Origin: Candidatus Tumulicola sp.
GTDB lineage: Bacteria > Vulcanimicrobiota > Vulcanimicrobiia > Vulcanimicrobiales > Vulcanimicrobiaceae
NCBI GenBank assembly: GCA_036490465.1
Contig: DASXDV010000186.1
Coordinates: forward strand, 17,225-81,224
Length of the DNA stretch: 64,000 nt
Direction: 5' to 3'
Position 1 is the stretch's first letter. Each line of letters opens with the position of its first letter. The notes under the pieces were generated by a model that was given only the letters and a program-made list of their open reading frames with translations, was not told where the DNA came from and searched no databases. Below, one piece after another: positions 44,873 through 54,520 of this stretch. The position numbers and the translations under genes were made by a program.

Positions 44873-45322
44873 GTGAAGCTCATTCTTCTCGCCGATGTCA
44901 AGCCGCTCGGCAAGAAGGGCGAGGTCGTCGAAGTTGCCGAGGGCTACGCGCGGAACTTTCTCCTACCGCGCAAACTCGCCACCGAAGCCGACAAGGGCGC
45001 CCTCGCGCGCCTGGGGTCGCAGCAGAAAGCGCAGCAGAAACGCGACGCGCAGGTGCTGGCCGATGCCAAAGCGCTTGCCGAACGGCTCGAATCGGCGAAG
45101 GTGGCCGTCCGGGCCAAAGCCGGCGGCAACGGCAAACTCTTCGGCGCGGTGACCAACGCCGACGTCGCCTCGGCGATTGCCGAAGCCCTCGCGATTGCGA
45201 TCGACAAGCACAAGATCGAGCTGAAAACGTCGATCAAGGCGCTCGGGTCGTACCCGGTCGAAATCAAGCTGCACAAAAACGTGGTCGCGAAAACCACCGT
45301 CGACGTCGTCTCGATGGCGTAG
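44873..45322 (+). CDS. rplI: 50S ribosomal protein L9
   Basis: GTG start. [36 protein letters not shown] and its 149-aa length are canonical L9. Confidence 0.95.
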   Translation: MKLILLADVKPLGKKGEVVEVAEGYARNFLLPRKLATEADKGALARLGSQQKAQQKRDAQVLADAKALAERLESAKVAVRAKAGGNGKLFGAVTNADVASAIAEALAIAIDKHKIELKTSIKALGSYPVEIKLHKNVVAKTTVDVVSMA

Positions 45323-45330
45323 AGCGAGTC

Positions 45331-47307
45331 GTGGCGGGAAGCGCGCAAACTTCGTATGCGTCGCGCTTCCGGCGAAAGTTCGGCGTCGAAGACGAACTAA
45401 GCCGGTACGTCACCGCGCTCTACGAAATGCTATCGACGGTCCTCGGTCAAGATAAGGTCGTTCTGCGGGCTGGCAAGGTCAATGCCTTGCGCATGATGCG
45501 GTCGCAGCATCTTTCCGATCGCCTGTGCGCGCTCCAACGGCTGGTGTTCGAAGACCCGACCATCGAGCGCGCGACCACGCGCGCGCAGCAACGCAAGGCG
45601 ATCGCCGAGATCGAGGAGGCGATGGCCGATACCATCGCCCAGCGGCATGCCGAAGAAGCGATCGAACGCCGAGTCAACGAGAAGATGACGGAGCGGCACG
45701 AAGACTACCTCAAGGATCTCAAGCTCGAAGCGCTGCGCGAAAGCGGCGGCCCCGAGACGCCGGCGTCGCAGGCCAAACTCGAGGAACTCGAGGCTCTGTC
45801 GCAGCGCTCGTTGGCGGCGTCGGCGCTGCAGCGGCTTCGGCCGCAGGCCCTCCGCGATATCGTTGGGCAGGAAGCCGCCATCAAGGCGCTGCTCGCCAAA
45901 ATCACGTCGCCCTATCCTCAACACGTCATCCTCTACGGGCCGCCGGGCGTCGGCAAGACCACGGTGGCGCGCCTGGTGTTGGAGGTAGCCAAGACGCGCG
46001 CCTACACGCCGTTTGCCAAGAACGCGCCGTTCGTGGAAGCCAGCGGCACGACGCTGCGCTGGGATCCGCGCGAGACCGTCAATCCGCTGCTCGGAAGCGT
46101 CCACGATCCGATCTATCAAGGCAGCCGCCGGGAGTTCGCCGAGGCGGGCGTACCCGAGCCGAAACTCGGCCTGGTTACCAAGGCGCATGGCGGCGTGCTC
46201 TTCATCGACGAGATCGGCGAAATGGACGCATCGCTGCAATCCCGTCTGCTCAAGGTGCTCGAAGACAAACGCGTCACCTTCGAGTCGTCGTACTACGACG
46301 AGAGCGCGCCCAACGTTCCGCAGTACGTGAAACGGCTCTTTCGCGAAGGCGCTCCCGCCGATTTCATCCTCATCGGAGCGACGACCCGCGAGCCCGAAGA
46401 TATCGATCCGGCAATCCGCTCGCGATGCGCGGAGATTTTCTTTTCTCCGCTGACGCAGCATCAAGTCGTGTCGATCGTCCAGGGTGCGGTCAAGCGTCTG
46501 GGTTCGCGCGCCGCCAACGCGGTGGCCCGCCTCATCGCATCCTATACCATCGAGGGTCGCAAGGCCGTGCAGATCGTCGCCGACGCCTACGGACAGGCGC
46601 TCTATCGCCTCTACCCGCGCAAGCGTGGCGAAGCGACGAAGAACCCGACGATCGGGGAAGAAGACGTGCTCGCGGTCGTTCAGACCAGCCGGCTCGTCCA
46701 GCACACGACCGTCAAGGCCCGCGCCGCGCGCGAGGTCGGCAAGACGTACGGTCTCGGCGTGCTCCACCACCTCGGCAGCATCATCGAGATCGAAGCGGTC
46801 GCCTTCCCCGCCTCGCAGCCCGCTAAGGGCGCGATTCGCTTCAACGATGCGGCTGGATCGATGGCAAAAGACTCGGTCTTCAACGCGACGAGCGTGATGC
46901 GCGCCGCTTCGGGCATCGATACGGCCGACTTCGACCTGCACGTGAACGTCGTCGGCGGCGGCAACATCGACGGCCCATCGGCCGGGCTCGCGATTTTCCT
47001 CGCGATCTACTCGGCGATCACCAAGACCCCGCTTCCGCAAGACGTCGCAATTACCGGCGAGCTATCGATTCAGGGCAAAGTGCGCGCGGTTGGCGGCGTG
47101 ATTGAAAAACTGTACGCCGCGCGCCAAGCGGGAATGCGCCGGGCGATCGTTCCGAAGGAGAACGCCCGCGAGATCGACGCGGCGCTGGCTGGGATGGAGG
47201 TGGTTCCGGTGACCGGGATCGAGCAAGTTCTTCGGGAGTTGCATATACACAGGCGCTCCACAAGGCGTTCACAGGCTCCCCGGCGCAGAGCGGCACGACG
47301 TCCATGA
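45331..47307 (+). CDS. Lon-family ATP-dependent protease lacking the Lon N-domain (LonC-like)
   Basis: The AAA+ module has Walker A YGPPGVGKTT, Walker B GGVLFIDEIGEM and an ATTREPEDIDPAIRSRC sensor. The Lon S16 protease domain carries DGPSAGLAIFLAIYSA (Ser) and GGVIEKLYAARQAG (Lys). GTG 45331 lies 8 nt after rplI. The stop overlaps the dnaB ATG (ATGA). Confidence 0.85.
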   Translation: MAGSAQTSYASRFRRKFGVEDELSRYVTALYEMLSTVLGQDKVVLRAGKVNALRMMRSQHLSDRLCALQRLVFEDPTIERATTRAQQRKAIAEIEEAMADTIAQRHAEEAIERRVNEKMTERHEDYLKDLKLEALRESGGPETPASQAKLEELEALSQRSLAASALQRLRPQALRDIVGQEAAIKALLAKITSPYPQHVILYGPPGVGKTTVARLVLEVAKTRAYTPFAKNAPFVEASGTTLRWDPRETVNPLLGSVHDPIYQGSRREFAEAGVPEPKLGLVTKAHGGVLFIDEIGEMDASLQSRLLKVLEDKRVTFESSYYDESAPNVPQYVKRLFREGAPADFILIGATTREPEDIDPAIRSRCAEIFFSPLTQHQVVSIVQGAVKRLGSRAANAVARLIASYTIEGRKAVQIVADAYGQALYRLYPRKRGEATKNPTIGEEDVLAVVQTSRLVQHTTVKARAAREVGKTYGLGVLHHLGSIIEIEAVAFPASQPAKGAIRFNDAAGSMAKDSVFNATSVMRAASGIDTADFDLHVNVVGGGNIDGPSAGLAIFLAIYSAITKTPLPQDVAITGELSIQGKVRAVGGVIEKLYAARQAGMRRAIVPKENAREIDAALAGMEVVPVTGIEQVLRELHIHRRSTRRSQAPRRRAARRP

Positions 47308-48677
47308 GCGCGCAGCCTTTACCCTCGCCGATCGATCGCATTCCGCCACATAATTTGGAGGCTGAAATGGCGGTGCTCGGCTCGATTCTCGTCGACAAGG
47401 CGATGATGGGCGAGGTCGGGCAGTTGCTCAAGCCCGGCGACTTCTACGCCCACGTGCACGAAACGATTTATTCGGTGCTCGTGCACCTGTTCGAGCACGA
47501 CGAGCCGATCGACAAGATCACCGTTAGCGAAGAACTGCGCAACCGCAACGCGCTCGAACGCGTGGGCGGCTTGCCCTACGTCGGTGCTTTGATGGACACC
47601 GTTCAGTCGGCCGCGTCGGCCCGCTACTACGCAACGATCGTTCGCGAAAAGGCGGCGCTGCGTTCGCTGATCGGCGCCGGTACGCAGGTAACGCAGCTGG
47701 GCTACGACGGCGAAGAGGACGTCGCCGAAGCGCTCGACCGCGCTCAGCAGCTGGTGTACGCCATCGGCGAAGAGCGCGGAGAGAAAGAGTTCAAGCCGGT
47801 CAAGAGCTTGCTGAAGGACGCGTTCGATAGCATCGACCGGCTTTACCAGCTGCGCGGCGGACGCACGGGATTGACCTCGGGATTCCCCGATATCGACGCG
47901 ATGACGGCCGGATTCCAGCCCGGCAACTTCATCATCGTCGCGGCTCGACCCGGTATGGGCAAAACCTCGTTCGCGCTCAACATGGCCGTCGCGGCCGCCC
48001 GCGAGGCTGGCGAGCCGGTCGCGTTCTTCTCACTCGAAATGTCGAATAACGAGTTGATCCAACGACTGATTTGCTCCGAGGCCCGCATTTCGATGAACGA
48101 CATGCGGCGCGGGAACATCGCCGGGCAGCAGTGGGAAGCGATCTCGCATGCGATGGAAACGCTCAATCACTTGCCGATTTTCCTCGACGACGTTGGAGCG
48201 CTTACGGTCAGCGACGTGCGTACCCGTTGCCGGCTATTAAAGAAGGCCGCCGGATCGAACCTCGGCGCGATCTTCATCGACTACCTGCAGCTGATGCGAC
48301 CGGGTTTGCTCGCTCGCAACGCCAATCGCAACGAAGAACTTTCCGAAATTTGCCGCACGCTCAAGAGCACCGCCAAAGAACTAAAGGTACCGATCGTCGC
48401 GCTCGCACAGCTCAATCGCGCCGTCGAAACGCGCACCGATAAGCGGCCGATGCTCGCCGATCTGCGCGATTCCGGATCGATCGAGCAGGAAGCCGACGTC
48501 GTGGCGTTCTTGTTCCGCGACGGCTACTACAATCCCGAGGGTGCCGATCCGGACCTCACCGAGTTCATCATCGCCAAACATCGCAACGGACCGACCGGAT
48601 TCGTAAAGCTGCGCTTTCAGCGCGAATACACGCTGTTCGTTCCGTACGGTGACGACGCGCACTATCCAACGCCGTAA
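47304..48677 (+). CDS. dnaB: replicative DNA helicase DnaB
   Basis: PPHNLEAEMAVLGSIL, GFPDIDAMTAG, IIVAARPGMGKTSFALN, FIDYLQLM, VPIVALAQLNR and LRDSGSIEQEADVV are DnaB signatures. No intein. Confidence 0.95.
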   Translation: MSAQPLPSPIDRIPPHNLEAEMAVLGSILVDKAMMGEVGQLLKPGDFYAHVHETIYSVLVHLFEHDEPIDKITVSEELRNRNALERVGGLPYVGALMDTVQSAASARYYATIVREKAALRSLIGAGTQVTQLGYDGEEDVAEALDRAQQLVYAIGEERGEKEFKPVKSLLKDAFDSIDRLYQLRGGRTGLTSGFPDIDAMTAGFQPGNFIIVAARPGMGKTSFALNMAVAAAREAGEPVAFFSLEMSNNELIQRLICSEARISMNDMRRGNIAGQQWEAISHAMETLNHLPIFLDDVGALTVSDVRTRCRLLKKAAGSNLGAIFIDYLQLMRPGLLARNANRNEELSEICRTLKSTAKELKVPIVALAQLNRAVETRTDKRPMLADLRDSGSIEQEADVVAFLFRDGYYNPEGADPDLTEFIIAKHRNGPTGFVKLRFQREYTLFVPYGDDAHYPTP

Positions 48678-48688
48678 ATCCTCCGAAC

Positions 48689-49099
48689 TTAATCGCTATC
48701 GTCGCGCATCTCGCCGAAGAACTCGATCGCGGTGTCGCGCAGGGCGTCGAGCAGGCGTCCGAAGTGCGGACGGATCTCGGCCGACGTCTCCACGCACAGC
48801 TCTACCGTAAACAAGGCGTCGCGCTCTTCTTCCCAGATCGCCGTCTTCACGAATTTCTTGCGTACGTTGAGCGCGTTGGCCGCCGCGCGCGCGCCGCACA
48901 GAGCTACCCCGTCGGGAAGGGCCCAGCCCGACCCCATCATGACGAAGTTCGGATCGTCGCGATAGCCCACGATGAAATACCGGTCGCCCTCACTCTTGAA
49001 CGTGATTCGCAAGGCTTCGTCGTCGTTGTCGCGGGTAAAGAACAACCCTTCGTCGTCGATTGCCGACTCGATCGGCCGCAGGTGATCGGGATCGTTCAC
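48689..49099 (-). CDS. YbjN-like (putative T3SS-chaperone-fold) protein
   Basis: 136-aa acidic protein whose layout (FTRDNDDEALRITFKSEGDRYFIVGY...FTVELCVE...) resembles the YbjN/DUF1821-type family. Assignment by resemblance only. Confidence 0.45.
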   Translation of the reverse strand: MNDPDHLRPIESAIDDEGLFFTRDNDDEALRITFKSEGDRYFIVGYRDDPNFVMMGSGWALPDGVALCGARAAANALNVRKKFVKTAIWEEERDALFTVELCVETSAEIRPHFGRLLDALRDTAIEFFGEMRDDSD

Positions 49100-49103
49100 G
49101 GCG

Positions 49104-49567
49104 TTACCGGTCGCCCTTCATGAACTGGCGAATGAACTTGTCGGCTGCGGATTTGCTCTCGCTGCGGTCGACCATTCGTTCGACCGCTCCCGATCCGGCC
49201 TCGCGCAATTGTCCGACGATCTCCCAAAAGTTCTCGAGAAACGATTCGACGTCCAGGGCTTGGTACTCTACCGTTGCGATGAAGATGGTGTCGTCGTGGG
49301 CCAGCGCGAATCGCGTTTCGGGATATTCGCCCGCGAGATCGTCCAGCACGTCGTGAGTGTGAGCGGGTCCGCGGACCGATTCGGGCACCTCGTAGGCGGT
49401 CGACAGGCTGAAGCGTTCGGGCTCGAGCTCCGAAACGGCCACGGAGTACGTCTGCCCGCGCGTACGAAATACGAGCTCCGCCCGCTCCGGCGCGTCGCCG
49501 ACTAGCGCCGTATCGACGCGATGCCCTTCGCTCTCGATGAATCGAGCGACTTGCTCGCGGACGCTCA
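49104..49567 (-). CDS. YbjN-like protein, second copy
   Basis: GTG 49567 lies immediately after the gamma-CA stop. VREQVARFIESEGHRVD...LVFRTRGQTYSVAVSELEPERFSLSTAY...FIATVEYQALD...FWEIVGQL has the same fold-type pattern. The upstream part of ORF 49104..50192 is another frame of the CA gene. Confidence 0.5.
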
Positions 49568-50110
49568 CTAAATGCGGCTCTCCTGATCCTCCACGTCGCC
49601 GATGCTTTGGGCGAGATAGGAGCGCGAAAGCTTGACGTACTCCTTTGCCGATATTTCGATCCACTGCGCGGCTTCGCCGTCGATCGCCTTTTTTACCCGG
49701 GCGGGTGCGCCCGCCGCGACGACGTGCGCGGGAATGTCGGCGCCCTGGCCGACGACGCTGCCGGCAGCGACCAGCGCACCCTCCCCGATCGTGCAACCGT
49801 TGAGCAGCGTCGCGTTGCTCCCGATCAGGGCGAAAGGCTTGATGTCGCAGTCTTCCATAACGGCGCAATGTCCCACGGTCACGTCGTCCCCGATTAACGT
49901 TGCGCCGTGCTCGCTGACGTGAACGACCGCGTTGTCCTGGATGGACGTCCGTGCGCCGACCCGGATGGGACCGTTGTCGCCGCGCAGCACGGCGCCGAAC
50001 CAAACGCTCGACTCGGGGCCGATTTGGACGTCGCCGACGAGCACCGCGGTCGGCGCGACGAACGCCGAGGGGTCGATTGCCGGGCGCTTTCCTCGATATG
50101 AAATGAGCAT
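49568..50110 (-). CDS. gamma-class carbonic anhydrase / hexapeptide-repeat (LbH) protein
   Basis: KRPAIDPSAFVAPTAVLVGDVQIGPESSVWFGAVLRGDNGPIRVGARTSIQDNAVVHV...IGDDVTVGH... is the YrdA/PaaY-type pattern. Confidence 0.85.
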   Translation of the reverse strand: MLISYRGKRPAIDPSAFVAPTAVLVGDVQIGPESSVWFGAVLRGDNGPIRVGARTSIQDNAVVHVSEHGATLIGDDVTVGHCAVMEDCDIKPFALIGSNATLLNGCTIGEGALVAAGSVVGQGADIPAHVVAAGAPARVKKAIDGEAAQWIEISAKEYVKLSRSYLAQSIGDVEDQESRI

Positions 50111-50151
50111 AGAGCCATGCTTCGCATCCGTCCGCGTCGAACCTCGCCGCC

Positions 50152-50427
50152 ATGCACCGGCACCGAACCCCGCTGCGCGGCGTGAAGGCCACCGCGCATC
50201 CGAAGCCCGACGACCCGAACTATACGGCGGTCAACTACGAGTACGCGAATCGAGAGGGACACGTCCACGAAGTGGTCGAGATCGGCGGACGCCGGTTGGC
50301 CAAAGTCGGTTTCCCCGATCGTAAGATCGTCTACTATTTGCTCGACGATCTAGAACTCGACGAACGCGCGAAGCGCGGCACGTTTCACGATGCCGACGTT
50401 CCTCACGGCGATTCCCCGAGCGGCTAG
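50152..50427 (+). CDS. hypothetical protein
   Basis: 91-aa ORF in the gap between convergent and divergent neighbours. No family recognised and no clear RBS. Confidence 0.3.
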   Translation: MHRHRTPLRGVKATAHPKPDDPNYTAVNYEYANREGHVHEVVEIGGRRLAKVGFPDRKIVYYLLDDLELDERAKRGTFHDADVPHGDSPSG

Positions 50428-51071
50428 GGCTTCACCAAGGGGTTCTTATCCGCAAACGCTCCGCTTGGATTCGGGATCACCCAGACGATCAAATCCCACA
50501 GCGACGGAAAGTGGAAGATGGTCGCGACCGCCGAGGCGTCGGGCACCTTTTTAGCGCCGGCCAACGCTTGCGCCGTCGGCTGGTCGGGATTGCCGCCGGC
50601 AGCCGTGAACTTCGCATCCTCCAGCCAGTGGTCGTAGGTGAGCGCGCTGGTCGAGGGATCCTTGGCAACCCAGTGGATGTGCCCGTCGAACTCTACCCAG
50701 CGGCCGGGATTGACGCCCCACAGCTGGGGACGGGCCGGGCTGCTCGCCAGCAAAACGGAGTAGTCTGCGCCCAGGAGCCGCCCGTTCTTATCGTACCAAA
50801 GCTGACTCGGATGGCGGATGTCGGCCGACTGCCATTGTAGGTTGGCGTAACTGATCGCGCCACTGTCGTCCGCCGTGGTGTACCGGATGTAGCCGGCCTT
50901 TTCCGCATCGGCGGCGGTCGGGTATCGCTTCGTCAAGTCGGCACGAATCGCCGCGACGAACGCATTTTCGCCGGCGCTGGCCGGCCCGTGGTAGGTGGCT
51001 TCCTGGTCGGCGCGGACGCTCGCCGGGATGACGAGAGCGGCGAGCAGGGCGAAAATTGCAGCGTGCTTCAT
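50424..51071 (-). CDS. secreted hypothetical protein
   Basis: MKHAAIFALLAALVIPASVRA is a clear signal peptide. The mature part is ~190 aa and Trp/Tyr-rich, with no family recognised. Confidence 0.5.
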   Translation of the reverse strand: MKHAAIFALLAALVIPASVRADQEATYHGPASAGENAFVAAIRADLTKRYPTAADAEKAGYIRYTTADDSGAISYANLQWQSADIRHPSQLWYDKNGRLLGADYSVLLASSPARPQLWGVNPGRWVEFDGHIHWVAKDPSTSALTYDHWLEDAKFTAAGGNPDQPTAQALAGAKKVPDASAVATIFHFPSLWDLIVWVIPNPSGAFADKNPLVKP

Positions 51072-51191
51072 TTGAGTTCATGCTAGCATTCGGGGCCCGC
51101 TTGGGCCATCACGCGTTCATCAAATCGGCAGGGGCAGACCCCCGGTCGTGGAAGCTCGCCCGTCGGAAATTCCGTTTCCAAACCGCGCCAC

Positions 51192-51263
51192 GCCGACGTA
51201 GCTCAGCGGTAGAGCAATTGTTTCGTAAACAATAGGTCGCCGGTTCAATCCCGGCCGTCGGCT
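51192..51263 (+). tRNA. tRNA-Thr (anticodon CGU)
   Basis: Manual cloverleaf over 72 nt:
- acceptor GCCGACG/CGTCGGC
- D arm GCTC-AGCGGTA-GAGC
- anticodon stem ATTGT/ACAAT with loop TT-CGT-AA
- variable AGGTC
- T arm GCCGG-TTCAATC-CCGGC
- discriminator T
CCA is not encoded. Confidence 0.9.
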
Positions 51264-51362
51264 CAGAGAACCCGGTCGATCCGAAAGCACCGGCGGGGTG
51301 AAAGGACGCCCGGGCGTCACCCGCGAGCGCCGCAACCGACGGGTCGCGAGCGGCGTTTCGGC

Positions 51363-52256
51363 CTACTGCCAAATGCCCTCGATGGGCGTTGCCTCGCAGT
51401 CGCTGCTGATGCATCCGACGTCAAAGATCGTTTCGATCGTCTTGAGCACCGAATAATGATCGAGGTCCTGCTCGTCGACGCTTCCCGGCACGACCATCGG
51501 CCCGACCACGAACGTCGGGATGTGATTGGTGTGGTTGAGGTCCGGCGCGGCCTCGTCCCAGGTGACGATCAACAGCCCGTCATTCTTTGCGTTCCAGGCG
51601 ACGATCGGGGGCAGGTGGTTCGATAGCCATTTGTCGCCGCGGGCGACGGTGCAATTATGCATGTCGTTGCAGAGGTTGGGGATGACGAACGTCAGCGCCG
51701 GTGGCTTATTGGGGAACCGGTGGTAAACGAGGTTGTCGGCGGCCGGAACGTTGTCGAACATCACCCACGGATTATGCTTGCGCGCGTACATCTTCGTGCC
51801 GCATCCCGTGAACCCGTCGTATGGCATCGACTCCGAGTAACCGCCAAACGTAAGCCTGGCGGCGATTAACTCCGAGGCGATGTTCGCGGAATGGAAGTTC
51901 TCGGGACACGGGTCCCCGTGAAGTCCGTGCTTCGATCCGGAAAACAAGGCGAGATAGTTTGGTTCGCTCGGATGACCGACGGCATGGCTATTGGCCAGCA
52001 ACGCTCCCGCCGGAATCAGCGTGCCGTTCACGTACGGGGCCTTGGAGCTACCGACGACCCGGTCTTCGTCCCGGTTCTCCATGATCACCACGGTGACGTG
52101 GCTTGCGTGCGGCGTTCCTTGGGCGAACGGCGTGCGTACCCGCTGCGCACCCGACGGGCCGTCGGCACCGGTGGGCGTTATGCCGGAGCACGCCGCCAGC
52201 GTTGCGGCCAATCCCAACGCCGCGGCGAGCGGCGCTTGCAAGAGCGATCGTTTCAC
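51363..52256 (-). CDS. phosphoesterase-family (AcpA/PlcN-type) lipoprotein
   Basis: LGLAATLAACSG is the lipobox region. VTVVIMENRDEDRV, SEPNYLALFSGS, ARKHNPW and NLCNDMHN are blocks of the phosphoesterase (PF04185-type) family. Confidence 0.8.
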   Translation of the reverse strand: MKRSLLQAPLAAALGLAATLAACSGITPTGADGPSGAQRVRTPFAQGTPHASHVTVVIMENRDEDRVVGSSKAPYVNGTLIPAGALLANSHAVGHPSEPNYLALFSGSKHGLHGDPCPENFHSANIASELIAARLTFGGYSESMPYDGFTGCGTKMYARKHNPWVMFDNVPAADNLVYHRFPNKPPALTFVIPNLCNDMHNCTVARGDKWLSNHLPPIVAWNAKNDGLLIVTWDEAAPDLNHTNHIPTFVVGPMVVPGSVDEQDLDHYSVLKTIETIFDVGCISSDCEATPIEGIWQ

Positions 52257-52423
52257 GGGGTGTTCCTTTTCTGCGATGGAGCGCGTGCCGGCTTTTGCGG
52301 CTCGTTCGTCTTGCCGACTATAGCAGCACCGCGTTAAGCGCGCTTTAACGGTAGCGGTACCTGCGTTAACGGCACGCGAAACGCCCGACCCGGAATACCG
52401 GCGCCCGGCTAGAAAATATAGTC

Positions 52424-52819
52424 ATGAAGAAATCCGACGCAAACCCGAGCGAGTCACCTTCGCAGCTCATCACGCAGAGAATTGCAGAGCTCGGCGATTG
52501 GCGTGGCAAGACGCTCGCCCACGTTCGCAAGCTCATCAAAGCCGCCGACCCCAACGTGACGGAAGAATGGAAGTGGAGAGGCGTGCCGGTTTGGTCCGAC
52601 GGCGGAATCATCTGCACCGGCGAGTCTTATAAGACGCACGTCAAGCTTACGTTCGCGAAGGGCGCATCCATCGAAGACCCCAAAGGCATCTTCAACTCCA
52701 GCCTCGAGGGGAACGTCAGGCGCGCTATCGATCTCTACGAAGGCGACAAGCTCGACGAACCCGCCTTTAAGGAGATAATCCGCGCCGCGCTCGAACTGAA
52801 CGCGAAAAGAAAGAAGTAG
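52424..52819 (+). CDS. DUF1801 (YdhG-like) domain protein
   Basis: IAELGDWRGKTLAHVRKLIKAADPNVTEEWKWRGVPVWSDGGIICTGESYKTHVKLTFAKGASI is the typical DUF1801 pattern. Confidence 0.8.
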   Translation: MKKSDANPSESPSQLITQRIAELGDWRGKTLAHVRKLIKAADPNVTEEWKWRGVPVWSDGGIICTGESYKTHVKLTFAKGASIEDPKGIFNSSLEGNVRRAIDLYEGDKLDEPAFKEIIRAALELNAKRKK

Positions 52820-52838
52820 AAGGCTCCCCTTATCGCCT

Positions 52839-53501
52839 TCATTGGTTCGCAAACATGTTTCCGCACTTTGCTTTGATTTGGGCGCGTGCGGCAGCCTTGG
52901 CGGCGGGGTCGCCGTTCGTGCCTTGCTGCAGGTCTTGCATGAGGTCGGGCGCCAGCGGCGGATCGTAGGAGGTGATTCCGATCGAGGTCCTGTCCGCGCC
53001 GATGGTTTTGGCGGCGTTGGCAAGGCTCGAGGTAAAGTGCATCTGCAGGACCATGACGCCGCCCGATCCGTCGGGTTTTAATATCACGTCATTGGTTTGG
53101 GTCGTCGCACTGGATGCCGTCTCCGGCTGGACGTTGAGATGAACGCCGTTGGGCACACGGCTATCGTACCACTTGGCGACCGCGTCGGCGTCCGTGCCCT
53201 TGATTTCGTACAACGTCATCGAGAAGTTGCTGCCGCACATTTTCATCGACTCTTTCATCTGGTTCGGCACTTTGGTCGCTCCGGGATAAACGGGCAAACT
53301 CGATGCGCTCGAACCGGCGTCGGCAGCGGCTGTCTCGACGCTGGGTGCCGGCGACGCCGCGTTCGCCGCCGCCGGCGACGCCGCGCCCTGTTGGGCGGTA
53401 CTGCCGCCGTGCGATCCGGAGCAGCCGGCTAGAGCCAATGCCAGCGCGGCGAGGATGGTGCGATGGTTTACGAGCATGCGAGGGATCCTCCAGTTCGTCA
53501 A
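52839..53501 (-). CDS. hypothetical lipoprotein
   Basis: ILAALALALAGCSG is the lipobox region, followed by an Ala/Ser-rich linker and a ~150-aa domain of unknown family. The start may be ATG 53477. Confidence 0.5.
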   Translation of the reverse strand: MTNWRIPRMLVNHRTILAALALALAGCSGSHGGSTAQQGAASPAAANAASPAPSVETAAADAGSSASSLPVYPGATKVPNQMKESMKMCGSNFSMTLYEIKGTDADAVAKWYDSRVPNGVHLNVQPETASSATTQTNDVILKPDGSGGVMVLQMHFTSSLANAAKTIGADRTSIGITSYDPPLAPDLMQDLQQGTNGDPAAKAAARAQIKAKCGNMFANQ

Positions 53502-53534
53502 GTATGGCAGCGAGGCGTGCGGCGCGCGTGCCGG

Positions 53535-53987
53535 CTACTTAGCTACCGCAGCAACCTCCGCCGCCGTGACTGGTGGTGCGTGATTGCCCCACGACGATCG
53601 GATATAGGTGATGACGTCGGCAATGTCGCCGTTGGAGAGCTGCGTTCCCCACGGGGGCATAATTCCGTTAAAGTCGCGTCCCTGGACGGCGATCTTGCCG
53701 GTTAAGCCGTACTTGACGATATGAATCACGAACTTGGGATCGGAGACGACCAGCGGATTGCCCGCCAGCGGTGGGAACGCTCCCGAGACGCCTTTGCCGT
53801 CGGCCTGATGACAGCTCGAGCAGTTCGTCTGGAAAACCTTCGCGCCGTGCGAGCCGGTTTTGACCGCCGGCGCGGTCGTCGGGACGGCGCTCGATACGGA
53901 GGCCTCGGTCGAGCCGGAACTCTTTGCGCAGGCTACGAGCGCTGCCGCAGCCGTCAGTACGAGGATCGAAACGGTAAGCGATCGCAT
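53535..53987 (-). CDS. membrane-anchored monohaem c-type cytochrome
   Basis: ATG 53987 gives MRSLTVSILVLTAAAALVACAKSSG (signal/lipobox). The haem motif is CSSCH and the distal Met is in GIMPPWG. The upstream part of ORF 53535..54161 is not needed. Confidence 0.8.
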   Translation of the reverse strand: MRSLTVSILVLTAAAALVACAKSSGSTEASVSSAVPTTAPAVKTGSHGAKVFQTNCSSCHQADGKGVSGAFPPLAGNPLVVSDPKFVIHIVKYGLTGKIAVQGRDFNGIMPPWGTQLSNGDIADVITYIRSSWGNHAPPVTAAEVAAVAK

Positions 53988-54052
53988 GCTCCCGGCTGTT
54001 AGACCGCAGGTCGCATATTCCTCGTCGCGTGCGAGCGTTCGGACTCCGGCGA

Positions 54053-54520
54053 TCAGCGCGGATCGAAGCGCAACGCTAAGCCGTCGATGCAGTAGCGCAC
54101 GTGCGTCGGCGCCGGTCCGTCGTCGAATAGATGTCCGAGATGTCCGCCGCACTGGCGGCAATGCACTTCGGTGCGTTCCTCAAGGAGCGCGTAGTCCGAT
54201 TGTTCGAGCACCGCGTGCGGCAGTACGTTCCAAAACGACGGCCATCCGTCGCCGCTATCGTACTTCGTGCGCGACGAAAATAAAGCGAGCGAACACCCGG
54301 CGCAGCGATACGTTCCGGCGCGGTTCTCGGCCAGCAGCGAGCTGGAATTGGCGGGTTCGGTTCCGCCTTGGCGAAGAATTTCGTAACGCGCCGCCCCGAG
54401 TTGAGCGCGCCACTGCGCGTCGGTATGCGCGACCGGATAGACGATCGCACCGAATGCCGGGAGAGCCGCTCCCGCCGCCGCGAGGGCGGCACAGCCGCTC
54501 AAGAAAGCGACGCGATTCAT
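54053..54520 (-). CDS. msrB: peptide-methionine (R)-S-oxide reductase MsrB with an N-terminal signal peptide
   Basis: [25 protein letters not shown] precedes the SelR domain. That domain has [29 protein letters not shown] and the catalytic RYCIDG. The ATG overlaps the msrA stop (ATGA). Confidence 0.9.
   Translation of the reverse strand: MNRVAFLSGCAALAAAGAALPAFGAIVYPVAHTDAQWRAQLGAARYEILRQGGTEPANSSSLLAENRAGTYRCAGCSLALFSSRTKYDSGDGWPSFWNVLPHAVLEQSDYALLEERTEVHCRQCGGHLGHLFDDGPAPTHVRYCIDGLALRFDPR

Noticed and set aside
51192-51263. tRNA-Thr as an integration hotspot marking a genomic island
   Set aside because: There is no integrase, no partial tRNA duplicate or direct repeat, and no mobile-element genes within the neighbouring 5 kb on either side. 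Flanking genes are ordinary secreted or enzymatic proteins.
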